48,083 nucleotides of DNA from an uncultured Candidatus Saccharibacteria bacterium. GTDB lineage: Bacteria > Patescibacteriota > Minisyncoccia > Phycocordibacterales > DATDWN01. The stretch is taken from assembly GCA_964576615.1 (NCBI GenBank), contig CAZNUU010000006.1, positions 1 to 48,083 on the forward strand. The letters run 5' to 3'. The translations under genes were made by a program, and so were the position numbers. Below, one piece after another: positions 1 to 10,256 of this stretch. How positions within the stretch are numbered: position 1 is the stretch's first letter; the number at the start of each line of letters is the position of its first letter. Below the pieces are notes generated by a model that was not told the DNA's origin, ran no database searches, and saw only the letters and a program-made list of their open reading frames with translations.

Positions 1-3000
1 ATGTTGCTTGAGCTGAAATGTTTAGACCTCGAACTGTGGTAGTTCCAAAACCAGAACCTGAGATCGTAAGCGCTGAAATAGAAGTTGTTGCTGTACCAGC
101 TATTGTTGTAGTCGACAGGAAGAGATCCCCTCCTGCATTTCGAAGCACCCACTGAGCTACACCAGAACTAGCTGATAAAGAAAGCTGAGGAGCGGTCGAG
201 GAAGCGAGAGTTAATAGATATTGCGGAGTACTTGTGCCAAAACCAGTCCAGTTGTTAAGTGAGTAGGAGTTGAGTATTGATGAGGTTGAAATGAAAGACG
301 AAACCGTGAAGTAATTTGATGTTGTCGCAACAAGCGTTGTGCCATTGGCATCAGAAGTGATGATGGAATTAGCAGCAAAGCTTGTTGCATTTGTTCCACC
401 CTTCGCTACGCTCAGAGTTCCAGTGATTGTTGAGAGAGTTGTAGTACTTTGCCAGGTTGGTACTCCGTTTACTAGGGCAAGGACTTGGCCGTCGGTGCCG
501 GCGGAAGTTGTTGCAATTTTTCCAGCACCATTTCCAAGAAGGACAGTGTTGGATTGGAGATTGGCCCAGCCTGTACCACCTGAACCAACAGCAAGAGCAG
601 AAGCTAAAGTTAAGACTCCTGCATTATCAAAAGTTGATGTTGCAGTTCCACCAAAGTAAGCTCTGTATGCAGAGAGCATGGTGGTAGAAGCATTGCCTCT
701 GAAAAGAGAATTACCTAAAACTTCAAAAATATTTCCGGTTGTGGATGTGGCATTTGTACCAAATAATATAACATTGGCGGTATTGGTAGGATAAATAGCT
801 AAACTATCTGAAGTAGTCGACCATGCAGTTGAACCCCCTCCGCCACCAGTAGTTAAATCAGTTTGCCAAGACGGCACACCACTTTGTAATTTCAAAACCA
901 AACCATCAACTGAGGCAGGAAGTTTCGCAAGTACATTATTTGCAGATGCATACAAAATATCTCCTTTGGTGTATGTTGTCTGATTTGTTCCACCAGAACT
1001 TTCTGGGAGGGCCAGTCCAAGAGAGATAATGCCATTTGAATTTATTGTAAGTGCAGTTATGGTTGAAGTTGAGTAAGTATCAGATGAAGTTGCAATGTAT
1101 AAACTTCCTCCTTGGGACGAGATGGTCCAATGTTTTAGATTTGCTCCGGCTGAAAAATCAGAAAGTGCTAACTGGGGTTTAAATGTTGCTGAAGCCGTGG
1201 TGGAAGAAATTTGTAGGAAAGTAAATGGTGTAGTTGTACCAATTCCTAAGTTACCTGAGAAGTAGGAACTACTGGTTGTTGTTGAAATTAATGAACCTAC
1301 TGTTAATTGAGAACCTGTGGCGACTAGTGCTGTACCCGCAGAGTTTGAAACAACAATTGAGTTTCCTGCAAAAGATGTTGCATTTGTTCCACCTTTAGAT
1401 ACTGCGAGTGTTCCAGAAATAGTTGATAGGGTTGTAGTTGCTTGCCAAGTTGGTACTCCGTTAACTAGTGCTAGGACTTGGCCGTCGGTACCGGCAGATG
1501 TTGTGGAGATTGCACCTGTACCATTTCCAAGAAGAACTGTGTTGGATTGAATTGTTGACCAACCTGTACCACCTCCCGCAACCGTTAGCAATCCAGATAT
1601 TGTTGGGGTGAATGTTAGAGCACTAGCTGTTGGAACAATTGTTTGACCAAATGTTAATCCGTTGAATGATGTAGTTGTAGTTGAGAATGTGATAGCACTA
1701 CCGGTTGTAGTTGCGTAGCCGGAACCTAGAGCAGTTAGTGTTCCTGCACCAGAACCTATACAAGTTCCTCCAACCGCAAAACAACCACCAGTTAGATTAA
1801 ACCCAACGTTGGAGGTCGAAGTTGCTTGGCCTGAAATGTTCAACCCTCTAACTGTCGTTGTACCAAAACCTGAAAGTGCAATTTCGAAAGCTGAGATAGA
1901 TGTGGTAGATGTTCCAGCAACAGTTGTTGTTGAGATGTAAAAATTTGTACCATCATTTCTAAATGTAACTTGACCGAAACCTGCGCCAGCAGAGAGGGAG
2001 AGCTGAGGCCGAATATTAGCGGAAGATGAGGCAATCGTCAAAGCATAAAATGGAGTTGTCGTACCGATGCCTACGTAAGCATTACCGGTTGTATCTGTCG
2101 CTCTGATTGTAATGTCTTCATAAAAAGTCCCTGATCTGTCATGGCCAAGCCTCCAATCACTGTTATTTGTGGCCAGGACCGAGTTAGAATTTCCGTCTGT
2201 CCCGAGATACCATGCGGCGACATTATTATTCTCACGTCCGATTCCGACAACATAATTTTGGTTACTACCGCTTGTAGTGAAGTCATCTCTAAAAAGAGCA
2301 AGTGGAGTAGCTACAGCTCCGCTATTACCCTCAACTGCAAATTTATTTGAAAGTGTAGCTAACCCAACCCCTACACTTCCGTTTTTATCCACCAAGAAAC
2401 TAGTACCGCTTGATGATCCTACTGCAAAACCAGTATCGCCTGCACTTTGATTTACGGAAAGATTTGCCCATGGAGTTGTCGTACCAACCCCAAGTTTACC
2501 AAGGAAATAAGATGTGTTTGTCGACGTGGAAATAAGTGAACCAACTGTTAGCTGTGACCCGGTTGCAATAAGCGTTGTGCCATTGGCATCTGAAGTGATG
2601 ATGGAATTTGCGGCAAAAGAAGTTGCATTTGTTCCACCCTTCGCTACGCTCAGGGTACCAGTGATTGTGGAGAGAGTTGTAGTACTTTGCCAAGTTGGAA
2701 CTCCATTTACTAGTGCTAGGACTTGGCCATCTGTGCCGGCGGAGGTAGTGGATAATCTTTGTGTTCCGTTTCCAAGCAAAACTGCATTGGCTTGAATGTT
2801 AGACCAACCGGTACCACCTACATTTGCAGCAAGTGTCGAAGAAGCACTGACCAGTCCATTAACAGCCTGAAGTGGACCGTTAAGGGATCCGCCCAAAGTA
2901 AGGGTGCCAGCAAATTCATTTGTAGATGAGGCGCTGGCAAAAGACGAATACACTGTTGATGAAGAATACGCAAATGTGATTCTTCCCGTTTGATCAATTG

Positions 3001-6000
3001 TAGTTGTGCCTGTTCCTCCGAAGTATCCGTAGTTTGCAGAGATTCCAGTTGTAGAAGCATTTCCATTTAGAAGAACGAGAGACGTTGTTGCTGACTGGCC
3101 TGCGGCTGGATGAGTAAATGGATCAGTGATAAAAGCTCGATCATTGTTAAACCATGAAAGTTGAATTGAGGATGATGCAATTGTATTAACTTGACCTGTT
3201 GAACCTGTGTAAGCAAAGCCTTGAGATAGTGATGAGAGATAAAGTGATGAGGAGAATGTAGATGATGCTGTAGAGAAGAGACCGTTGAAGCCGATGACTG
3301 TTGAGGTTGAGTTGTAACCTGTGTTAACAGTAAATGGAAATCCGAAGTTAGAGTAATCAGATCCAGCTGTTGCCGGCAAAATATTGCCATTGGAATCCGT
3401 CTTAAGAAGTGATCCAGTAATTCCTGTAATAGCTAGCCTGGATGTTGTCGCATTTGTTGCAAGAAGTGTTGGGAAAGTGGATGTTGCTGTTGTAGTCGCA
3501 GTAAAATATGAACTTACAATCTGTCCGACCACAGAGAGTGGAGCGTATGGTGATGTAGTTCCGATTCCCAAATTACCCAGGAAGTAGGAGTTGTTTGTTG
3601 TGGTAGAAATTAATGACCCAACCGTAAGCTGGGAACCGGTGGCAATGAGTTGAGTACCCGCTGAATTTGAAACAACAATCGAATTCCCTGCAAAGGAAGT
3701 TGCATTCGTTCCACCCTTAGCTACGCTCAGGGTACCAGTGATAGTGGAAAGGGTTGTAGTACTTTGCCAGGTTGGTACTCCGTTAACTAGTGCTAAGACT
3801 TGGCCGTCGGTACCGGCAGATGTTGTGGAGATTGCACCTATACCATTTCCAAGAAGAACTGTGTTGGATTGAAGGGATGCCCAACCTGTGCCACCATAAA
3901 CAACTCCGATTGTCGTAGTAGCAGATACAACTCCGTTGTTTGCTTGGAGCGGACCGTTGAGAGATCCTACCGTTAGACCACCATTAAACGTATTTGAATT
4001 TGTAAATGTATTAGATGAGTATGTTTTTGGAATTGTGGAACTTCCGTTTACAAAAGACTGAACTCTGGCATCTGTGTAGTAAAGATTTGAACCTTCAGCA
4101 ACATTTGTTGTAAGTAAACCCAAAGATGAAGTTGCGATTTGCTGATACCCTGTGCCGGCGTAATTTCCCAAAAGAACTCCTGCAGCTGTTGGGGAAGAAA
4201 TATTTGTTCCACCTCTAGCGACAGAAAGTACTCCCGTCCAGCCAGGTGCAAATGTGTGAACATCACCTGACGATGTGATTGTGAGTTGAATGTTTGCATC
4301 CGATGTTGTTGCAAATGTTTGAGATGACCCGTTTTGGAAAGAAGAGTACTGTGCACCTAAAGCAGTGATACCTCCGCCAGCTCCTGCATCTGCTCCACAA
4401 CCAAATTTCCCAGTTGCAGAATTCCAGATCAATTTATCCGAAGAACTAGAACAAGATGTTAGACCTGCACCAAAAATATATCCTGAATTCAGATCAAGAC
4501 CCCGAACAATACTTAGTCCGCCGTTAAATGTAGATGTTGCTGTTGTTGTAGTGGCTGTGATGTACGAAGATACAATTTGACCAGAGACAGAAAGTGGAGC
4601 ATACGGCGATGTCGTTCCGATGCCCAATCTAGAGTTTGTACTATCCCAAATAAAATTATCCGAACCAGCTAAAGTTCCACCATTGTTAAACTGTACATCT
4701 CCATTTGAACCTCCAGGTGTACCGCTGCCACCGCCGGTACCTAAACATGTTCCGTTAACAGAAACACAACCACTGGTTATGTTAATTCCCCCCGCAAAAG
4801 TTGAGGTAGAGTTGTTTGTGACATTTAGAGTAGTAGCGGTAATAGCGCTGTTACTAACTGAACCGCCACTTATTGATGGATTATTTATAACCGTATTGTT
4901 TAACTGATCGATTCTTTGGCTTCCTGCAATCTCTTGGTAAATATTGGTGACAGAGCCCCCACTTCCAGTCGAAAGTGAGTAGAATTTCGACATTATGTTG
5001 TTGTTGAATTCTTGAAGTCTTGCCTCTAGTTCTGTTTTTGTAACTGCATAATTAGCCGGTCTCTCAATTATTCTTTCAATTACATTCGTTGTATTTATTA
5101 TTGTTGGCTGAGAAGAAATTGTGTTTTGAGCCACAACTTTTGTCGGTGTGGAAGTTGGAGATTTGGGAATATTTTTTGTTTGATTCTCAGTGGTAGCAAC
5201 ATAAGTCGTGTTAATAATATTTGGAGTTGAATTAAATAGTCCAGCAATCGGAAGATAGATTGCTCTTTCAAACCAATTATTTACAGTTCGATAAACTACG
5301 AGTCCAGAATGATCGATTGCATTCAAATCATCACCCGCACCAGTTGCAACTGCTGCAGTTAAGTTTCTTGATTTATTTTGAAAATAATTATTTGCATAAG
5401 AGGCACCACCGAGTGAATCCGATACAAAAGCTAAAAATCTAGTACTACCGTTTGAAAGGGAAGTGCTCAAATTAATTCTGCTCCCATCTACAAATTTTTT
5501 GTCTTGAAGCGATAATTTATCTAGAGTCCCTAAAATATATGCGGGTGGATTTTTTAATGCAGCGACTCCCTGGTTAACAAAAGCAAAACTGACTTCGTTT
5601 AACCTGTCTCCAAAACTTATGTAACCATTTTTTAGCCTATCTGAATAAAAACCAATGAGACCATCTGCTGCACTGTAAAGGTCATGTGGAGAATTGCTTA
5701 TACTCTCTGAGACATTTGAAAGACTGAGGTTCTTAGGACTAAAATCACTCGAAACTTTAGCAAATGAACTTTTAACTTCTGAGAGACCTTGGGGGAACGA
5801 CGTTAAGCTGTCTTTTATGGAAATAGCTCCTATAGCCAAGATAAGACCTATGGTTAGGGGTAAAAATTTACTAGAAAGACTATAGTCAAAACCAAACAGT
5901 GACTCGTGAATTACTTGCGATGCCCTAGGTAGGATCTTCTTTTCAGGTAATTCAACTTTTACTGACTGTGTAATTTGCTTACCACTTTCCTGTACTGGAG

Positions 6001-6232
6001 CCTGTGTACTGGATCTGCCGTAAAAATTCTGAGAAAAATCGAATGTGGTTGGGGAATTCTTATACTCTCGGATCGATTCCTCATTTACGTACCATGTGTG
6101 GCCTACCCTTCTAGCTAAAATCTTTTTACTTCTGCATAGTTGACCGATGTAATCTTTTGAGTAGCCCGTAAGAGAGCTAGCTTCCTTAGCTGGAATATAT
6201 TTTTTGTTGTCAAAAAATAGATCAGAACCCAT
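1..6232 (-). CDS. Giant surface/fibre-like repeat protein with N-terminal HTH (MerR/excisionase-like) and TM anchor; 3' end lies outside the window (>=2077 aa)
   Basis: ATG at 6232 gives MGSDLFFDNKKYIPAKEASSLTGYSKDYIGQLCRSKKILARRVGHTWYVNEESI; hydrophobic FLPLTIGLILAIGAISI near 5815-5870; the same frame reads sensibly at ~1800 and at 2-60 (GFGTTTVRGLNISAQAT). The ORF track has no call in this frame, consistent with no stop inside the window. Confidence 0.9.
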   Translation of the reverse strand, partial: MGSDLFFDNKKYIPAKEASSLTGYSKDYIGQLCRSKKILARRVGHTWYVNEESIREYKNSPTTFDFSQNFYGRSSTQAPVQESGKQITQSVKVELPEKKILPRASQVIHESLFGFDYSLSSKFLPLTIGLILAIGAISIKDSLTSFPQGLSEVKSSFAKVSSDFSPKNLSLSNVSESISNSPHDLYSAADGLIGFYSDRLKNGYISFGDRLNEVSFAFVNQGVAALKNPPAYILGTLDKLSLQDKKFVDGSRINLSTSLSNGSTRFLAFVSDSLGGASYANNYFQNKSRNLTAAVATGAGDDLNAIDHSGLVVYRTVNNWFERAIYLPIAGLFNSTPNIINTTYVATTENQTKNIPKSPTSTPTKVVAQNTISSQPTIINTTNVIERIIERPANYAVTKTELEARLQEFNNNIMSKFYSLSTGSGGSVTNIYQEIAGSQRIDQLNNTVINNPSISGGSVSNSAITATTLNVTNNSTSTFAGGINITSGCVSVNGTCLGTGGGSGTPGGSNGDVQFNNGGTLAGSDNFIWDSTNSRLGIGTTSPYAPLSVSGQIVSSYITATTTTATSTFNGGLSIVRGLDLNSGYIFGAGLTSCSSSSDKLIWNSATGKFGCGADAGAGGGITALGAQYSSFQNGSSQTFATTSDANIQLTITSSGDVHTFAPGWTGVLSVARGGTNISSPTAAGVLLGNYAGTGYQQIATSSLGLLTTNVAEGSNLYYTDARVQSFVNGSSTIPKTYSSNTFTNSNTFNGGLTVGSLNGPLQANNGVVSATTTIGVVYGGTGWASLQSNTVLLGNGIGAISTTSAGTDGQVLALVNGVPTWQSTTTLSTITGTLSVAKGGTNATSFAGNSIVVSNSAGTQLIATGSQLTVGSLISTTTNNSYFLGNLGIGTTSPYAPLSVVGQIVSSYFTATTTATSTFPTLLATNATTSRLAITGITGSLLKTDSNGNILPATAGSDYSNFGFPFTVNTGYNSTSTVIGFNGLFSTASSTFSSSLYLSSLSQGFAYTGSTGQVNTIASSSIQLSWFNNDRAFITDPFTHPAAGQSATTSLVLLNGNASTTGISANYGYFGGTGTTTIDQTGRITFAYSSSTVYSSFASASSTNEFAGTLTLGGSLNGPLQAVNGLVSASSTLAANVGGTGWSNIQANAVLLGNGTQRLSTTSAGTDGQVLALVNGVPTWQSTTTLSTITGTLSVAKGGTNATSFAANSIITSDANGTTLIATGSQLTVGSLISTSTNTSYFLGKLGVGTTTPWANLSVNQSAGDTGFAVGSSSGTSFLVDKNGSVGVGLATLSNKFAVEGNSGAVATPLALFRDDFTTSGSNQNYVVGIGRENNNVAAWYLGTDGNSNSVLATNNSDWRLGHDRSGTFYEDITIRATDTTGNAYVGIGTTTPFYALTIASSSANIRPQLSLSAGAGFGQVTFRNDGTNFYISTTTVAGTSTTSISAFEIALSGFGTTTVRGLNISGQATSTSNVGFNLTGGCFAVGGTCIGSGAGTLTALGSGYATTTGSAITFSTTTTSFNGLTFGQTIVPTASALTFTPTISGLLTVAGGGTGWSTIQSNTVLLGNGTGAISTTSAGTDGQVLALVNGVPTWQATTTLSTISGTLAVSKGGTNATSFAGNSIVVSNSAGTALVATGSQLTVGSLISTTTSSSYFSGNLGIGTTTPFTFLQISSTTASATFKPQLALSDFSAGANLKHWTISSQGGSLYIATSSDTYSTSTITALTINSNGIISLGLALPESSGGTNQTTYTKGDILYASANNVLAKLPASVDGLVLKLQSGVPSWQTDLTTGGGGGSTAWSTTSDSLAIYPTNTANVILFGTNATSTTGNIFEVLGNSLFRGNASTTMLSAYRAYFGGTATSTFDNAGVLTLASALAVGSGGTGWANLQSNTVLLGNGAGKIATTSAGTDGQVLALVNGVPTWQSTTTLSTITGTLSVAKGGTNATSFAANSIITSDANGTTLVATTSNYFTVSSFISTSSILNSYSLNNWTGFGTSTPQYLLTLASSTAPQLSLSASSGVAQWVLRNAGGDLFLSTTTIAGTATTSISALTISGSGFGTTTVRGLNISAQAT
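300..3900 (-). repeat. Four ~270-290 nt intragenic repeats (~300-590, ~1290-1580, ~2530-2820, ~3610-3900)
   Basis: Each encodes GGTGW...GNG...SAGTDGQVLALVNGVPTWQ.TTTLSTI.GTL.V.KGGTNATSFA.NSI; ACTTGGCCGTCGGTACCGGCAGATGTTGTGGAGATTGCACCT is identical at ~1476 and ~3798. Confidence 0.9.
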
Positions 6233-6287
6233 TACACTAATTATATATGTTTTACATGGTGTCAGAATATAAAAAAACGAAAAAAAC

Positions 6288-6296
6288 TGTGGATAA
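6288..6296 (-). promoter_or_regulatory. Perfect DnaA box upstream of the giant protein gene
   Basis: TGTGGATAA is the reverse complement of TTATCCACA. Confidence 0.5.
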
Positions 6297-6672
6297 ATCT
6301 CAATTTCTTGGCGATCCAAGAATTTGGAATCAAACCAAGATTTTGCCGAAATTTGAAATAAATTTTTTAGTAAAAATAGGACTAAAAATATAGTCAGATC
6401 TGGACCAGATACTCAATCATTAGAAATTAAAGAAAAAAGAGTGAGGAAATAGTCGTAAACAGTCTAAAAACAATGACTATAAACAAGAACTAAATGGAAA
6501 ATTACCTGAAAACAAACAATCTCAAACTAAAAATATGTAAAAAATAAATTTTACGCAAAAAACAATAGGATGTTAAAAAATCAAATACTTAATTAAAAAA
6601 GATTAATAATAAATACTACTATTTAGTATTAATTAATAAACAATACATAGTTGTTTATTAATGTTTATCAAC

Positions 6673-7050
6673 CTATTTACTTATCTTTATATAGTTCCTA
6701 ATCACTTTGGCACTTACTTTCAATAGATCACTTTGTTCTTTCAACTTCTTAGCTACAACTTCGGGTGAAAGTCCTTCTTCTAACTGTGAATTAATGAAAA
6801 TTTGTAGCCGTTTATTGGATAGTACCCTATTTGATTCTCGTTTCTTATTCCTCTGTTTTAATGTTGAAATATTGTTGGCTTTCTTTGCCTCATATAGGCT
6901 CTTCCCCCCGCCCATACTTATCTCCTCACTTATAGTGGAACGACCCCTATTGAGAACCTGAGCTATGAAGCCTGAGCTACAACCGGCCTTAAGTAACTTT
7001 TCGATACAGTATCTTTCCTCAAAGGTAAGATGTGATGATTTATTTCCCAT
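6673..7050 (-). CDS. Stand-alone HTH protein resembling the IS30 transposase N-terminal region (no DDE domain)
   Basis: SHLTFEERYCIEKLLKAGCSSGFIAQVLNRGRSTISEEI and LEEGLSPEVVA match the IS30 HTH_38 pattern; probable start ATG 7050 (MGNKSS), 125 aa. Confidence 0.75.
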   Translation of the reverse strand: MGNKSSHLTFEERYCIEKLLKAGCSSGFIAQVLNRGRSTISEEISMGGGKSLYEAKKANNISTLKQRNKKRESNRVLSNKRLQIFINSQLEEGLSPEVVAKKLKEQSDLLKVSAKVIRNYIKISK

Positions 7051-7487
7051 TAACATTATTATATAGTAATTCGTATTTAAAGGTAAATATTGAAATAGTA
7101 TGCATTTAGAAAATAGTTGAATATGTGTTGATAAATAGCAAATTATCGGAGATACCAGAAGTGATTTTGACATATTTTTTTAAAGCCCCACTTCAGCATC
7201 TGATGAATTTTCGTCTGCAAAATCTTCGATTACATGGACTAGTGATATACCCCCATACATTCATATTTATAGCTTATAAAGCTAGTTGATACCCTATATT
7301 ATTAGCCATGTTATAGAAAACAAATAACAAATCCTCTCGCTAAGTCCAATTTGCATATTGATCTAGCCAGGAAAAAGCTATCCACAAAGTCACAATTAAA
7401 TCATTGATAGATCTCATAAAGCTATATATAATAGTATAAATGGTATAGATCGAAATGTATTAACCTTTAACAAGCTTCTAGAAAATA

Positions 7488-7739
7488 ATGGCAAATTTAT
7501 ACATAACAATTAAGCAGGCTTCTAAGATTCTTGGGGTCTCTCCCCTAACACTCCGAAACTGGGACAATAATGGCAAGCTCAAGGCCCACAGGCATCCCAT
7601 GAACAATTACAGGGTTTATAAGATTGAGGATCTCGAGACAGTAATCCAGGAGATTGAAACAAATGCTGGATTAAGAAGAAGCCCTAAAAAGGATATAAGA
7701 AAACTGATTGTTAAACACTTAGAAGAAGATGAGAAATAA
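7488..7739 (+). CDS. MerR-family HTH DNA-binding protein
   Basis: YITIKQASKILGVSPLTLRNWDNNGKLKAHRHPMNNYRVY, 83 aa. Confidence 0.9.
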   Translation: MANLYITIKQASKILGVSPLTLRNWDNNGKLKAHRHPMNNYRVYKIEDLETVIQEIETNAGLRRSPKKDIRKLIVKHLEEDEK

Positions 7740-7765
7740 AAAATGCTCCCTAGGGAGCATTTTTT
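7738..7765. terminator. Bidirectional intrinsic terminator
   Basis: Perfect 28 bp palindrome A6-TGCTCCC-TA-GGGAGCA-T6 between convergent genes. Confidence 0.85.
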
Positions 7766-9179
7766 ATTTTAGTAGTTCTTTAATAATTACTTTGAGTGAT
7801 TCCGGATTCCCCTGACCCTTAGTCTCTTTCATTGCTTGACCAACAAAAAACTGAAGAACAGACTCTTTACCTGATTTATATTCTTCTACAACTTTTGGAT
7901 TATCTTCAATAATTTTTCTTATTATCCTTTTAAATTCTTCTGGATCGTTTTTTTGGATAAGATTTTTTTCCTTAGCAATTGCTTCTGGATCACCACCATC
8001 TTCGAAAATAATTTTAAGTAAATCTTTTGCGCCCCTGGAGGATAGGTCACCTCGACTTATCATCTTTATAATTTTTGAAAATGAAGCATTCTCTAATTTG
8101 CCACTATCAAACTCTAGTCCTTTTGTTTTGGATAAACCTATTAGGTCGGATACGATGTAGTTGGAGGCAAGTTGCATTTCATCCTGCGACAATACAGAAG
8201 AAACTGAAGTGAAATAGTCCCCTGCCCCGGTATTTGATATATAGGTCTCAATATCTGCGTCCTTCAAACCAAAGCTGCTTTTTAACCTAATTCTCTTTTG
8301 TTGTGGTGTTTCTTTAAGTTCCTTCTTTAGTTTGCTTAGGTCAAACTCCGGGATTTCACCTATCTTAAGTTTAGGTAAATCTGGCTCTGGAAAATACCTG
8401 TAATCGTGAGCATCCTCTTTAGACCTCTGGGATACGGTTAGACACTTATTTTCGTCAAACCCTCTGGTTTCCTGTAAAACCCTCTCTCCCCTCTCCAGGA
8501 CTTCCGTCTGTCTTTTAAATTCGTATTCGATTGCCCTACCGGCTGCTTTAAAAGAGTTTATATTTTTAACTTCTACTTTCGTTCCGAAATTTTCATCTTT
8601 AGAAACAGAGATATTTACTTCGACCCTCATTTCTCCTTTTTCCATGTTTGCATCCGATGCTTCAAGATACTGAAGAAGGAGTTGTAACTCTTTTGCAAAA
8701 TTCATAGCTTCTTCGGCTGAATGCATGACAGGTTCTGTCACCAATTCCATAAGCGGCAGCCCTGCGCGATTGAAGTCAACTAAACTAGCTTCTTTTCCTT
8801 CGTGTGTTGACCTAGCCGTATCTTCTTCTAAGTGAACCCTGGTTATAGCAACCCCGGAAAGTAGACCACCGGAGATTAACGGGTTTTTGTACTGACTTAT
8901 CTGATAGCCCTTTGGTATATCTGGGTAAAAGTAGTTTTTTCTATCAAAATATGTGAGATCTGCAATTTTTCCCTCCAAAGCAAGCCCGACCATTATTACT
9001 TTTTTTACAGCTTCTTTGTTTATTGTCGGCAGCGTCCCAGGGTGGCCCATACATATAGGACAGACATTTAAATTTGGCTTTTTCTCAAGTGGCGCGTTCC
9101 TGCAGCCACAAAACATCTTGCTTTTTGTTTTTAGTTCGGCGTGAATTTCCAGGCCGATTGTCATCTTATATTGAGACAT
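7764..9179 (-). CDS. gatB: Asp/Glu-tRNA amidotransferase subunit B
   Basis: IGLEIHAELKTKSKMF, FDRKNYFYPD, HLEED, DFNRAG.PL.E.VTEP, DYRYFPEPDLP motifs. Confidence 0.98.
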   Translation of the reverse strand: MSQYKMTIGLEIHAELKTKSKMFCGCRNAPLEKKPNLNVCPICMGHPGTLPTINKEAVKKVIMVGLALEGKIADLTYFDRKNYFYPDIPKGYQISQYKNPLISGGLLSGVAITRVHLEEDTARSTHEGKEASLVDFNRAGLPLMELVTEPVMHSAEEAMNFAKELQLLLQYLEASDANMEKGEMRVEVNISVSKDENFGTKVEVKNINSFKAAGRAIEYEFKRQTEVLERGERVLQETRGFDENKCLTVSQRSKEDAHDYRYFPEPDLPKLKIGEIPEFDLSKLKKELKETPQQKRIRLKSSFGLKDADIETYISNTGAGDYFTSVSSVLSQDEMQLASNYIVSDLIGLSKTKGLEFDSGKLENASFSKIIKMISRGDLSSRGAKDLLKIIFEDGGDPEAIAKEKNLIQKNDPEEFKRIIRKIIEDNPKVVEEYKSGKESVLQFFVGQAMKETKGQGNPESLKVIIKELLK

Positions 9180-9194
9180 GGACTTGGGTTAATA

Positions 9195-10160
9195 TTACAA
9201 GCTTCGTAGAAGATTTACCAATTTCTGTGTAATTTCGTCCTTTTTTGCTGGGTCGTAAGAAGAAAAAGTCATAACTTCTGTCCTGTTTCCCTTAAATAGA
9301 GAGGTTATTTTTTTAAGCTCTGTCTCACTTATTAAGTCTGTTTTAGTTAAAATTATTGCCTCAGGTTTATTTAACAGTTCCTTATCGTATTTTTTTAACT
9401 CCTTCCTTATCACATCGTATGCCTCCTTTGGATTTTTGTGTTCGCAAGAAATACAATGAAGAAGCATTTTTGTTCTGGAAATATGCCTTAGGAATTTATG
9501 CCCCAAACCCTTGCCCTCACCAGCACCCTCGATAAGTCCTGGAATATCTGCCAAAATAAATCCGTAAAGCTCTCCTAAATTTGGAGAAAGAGTAGTAAAC
9601 TCATAGTTCCCAACTTTGGCATGAGCTCTGGTTAGAAAGTTTAGTAAGGTTGATTTACCAGCATTTGGCAGCCCAATTAAACCCAGATCAACTACTAATT
9701 TTAATTCCACAAAAAAATCTCCGCTTTGTCCTAGTTTACCTTCTGTTTTTTCTTGTGGTCTTCTGTTTTTAGGACCTTTAAAATGAGCATTGCCATATCC
9801 CCCAAAACCACCCTTCAAAAATAAAAAAGTTTTTTCATTTAAAATTTCCGTCTCTTCATCAGTTTTATCATTCTTTATGATACTTCCGACTGGAAAATCA
9901 ATCACCAGGTCTTTGCCTGATTTACCGTGCATTGATTTTTTTAATCCATCATGTCCGTCTTCAGCCTTAAAATTTTTAACAAAACGGTATTTAGACAAAA
10001 GACCCAGGTCCTTTACACCCTTAAGATAGATACTCCCCCCATTACCCCCATCTCCCCCACCTGGGCCAGCCTTATCTTTGCCTTTCTCATGTATCCAGGA
10101 GACTATACCAGAGCCTCCCTTGCCGGCCTCAAAATGAAGACTAATTTCATCAATAAACAT
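9195..10160 (-). CDS. obg: Obg/CgtA GTPase
   Basis: Gly-rich Obg fold (GPGGGDGGNGG), GLPNAGKSTL, YEFTTL, DIPGLIEGA..GKGLG..FLRH, TKTD; probable start MFIDE at 10160. Confidence 0.97.
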   Translation of the reverse strand: MFIDEISLHFEAGKGGSGIVSWIHEKGKDKAGPGGGDGGNGGSIYLKGVKDLGLLSKYRFVKNFKAEDGHDGLKKSMHGKSGKDLVIDFPVGSIIKNDKTDEETEILNEKTFLFLKGGFGGYGNAHFKGPKNRRPQEKTEGKLGQSGDFFVELKLVVDLGLIGLPNAGKSTLLNFLTRAHAKVGNYEFTTLSPNLGELYGFILADIPGLIEGAGEGKGLGHKFLRHISRTKMLLHCISCEHKNPKEAYDVIRKELKKYDKELLNKPEAIILTKTDLISETELKKITSLFKGNRTEVMTFSSYDPAKKDEITQKLVNLLRSL

Positions 10161-10256
10161 AAGGTCATTTAAGCATAATATAAGCATCAAAACAAAAAGC
10201 TTAAGGGTTTATTAATGTTTTTATGCTCAAATGCTTAAATACTTACATATTTACAG

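Noticed and set aside
300-3900. Repeats as a CRISPR array or DGR template/variable pair
   Set aside because: Units are ~280 nt, in frame, differ largely at synonymous positions, and no cas or reverse transcriptase gene is present.
211-5885. Many short ORF-track calls on both strands
   Set aside because: They are antisense or off-frame shadows of the giant minus-strand gene; the repeated plus-strand peptides mirror its repeats.
6673-7173. Complete IS30 element
   Set aside because: No DDE domain, terminal inverted repeats or target duplication seen; the first ~41 codons of the track ORF look non-coding.
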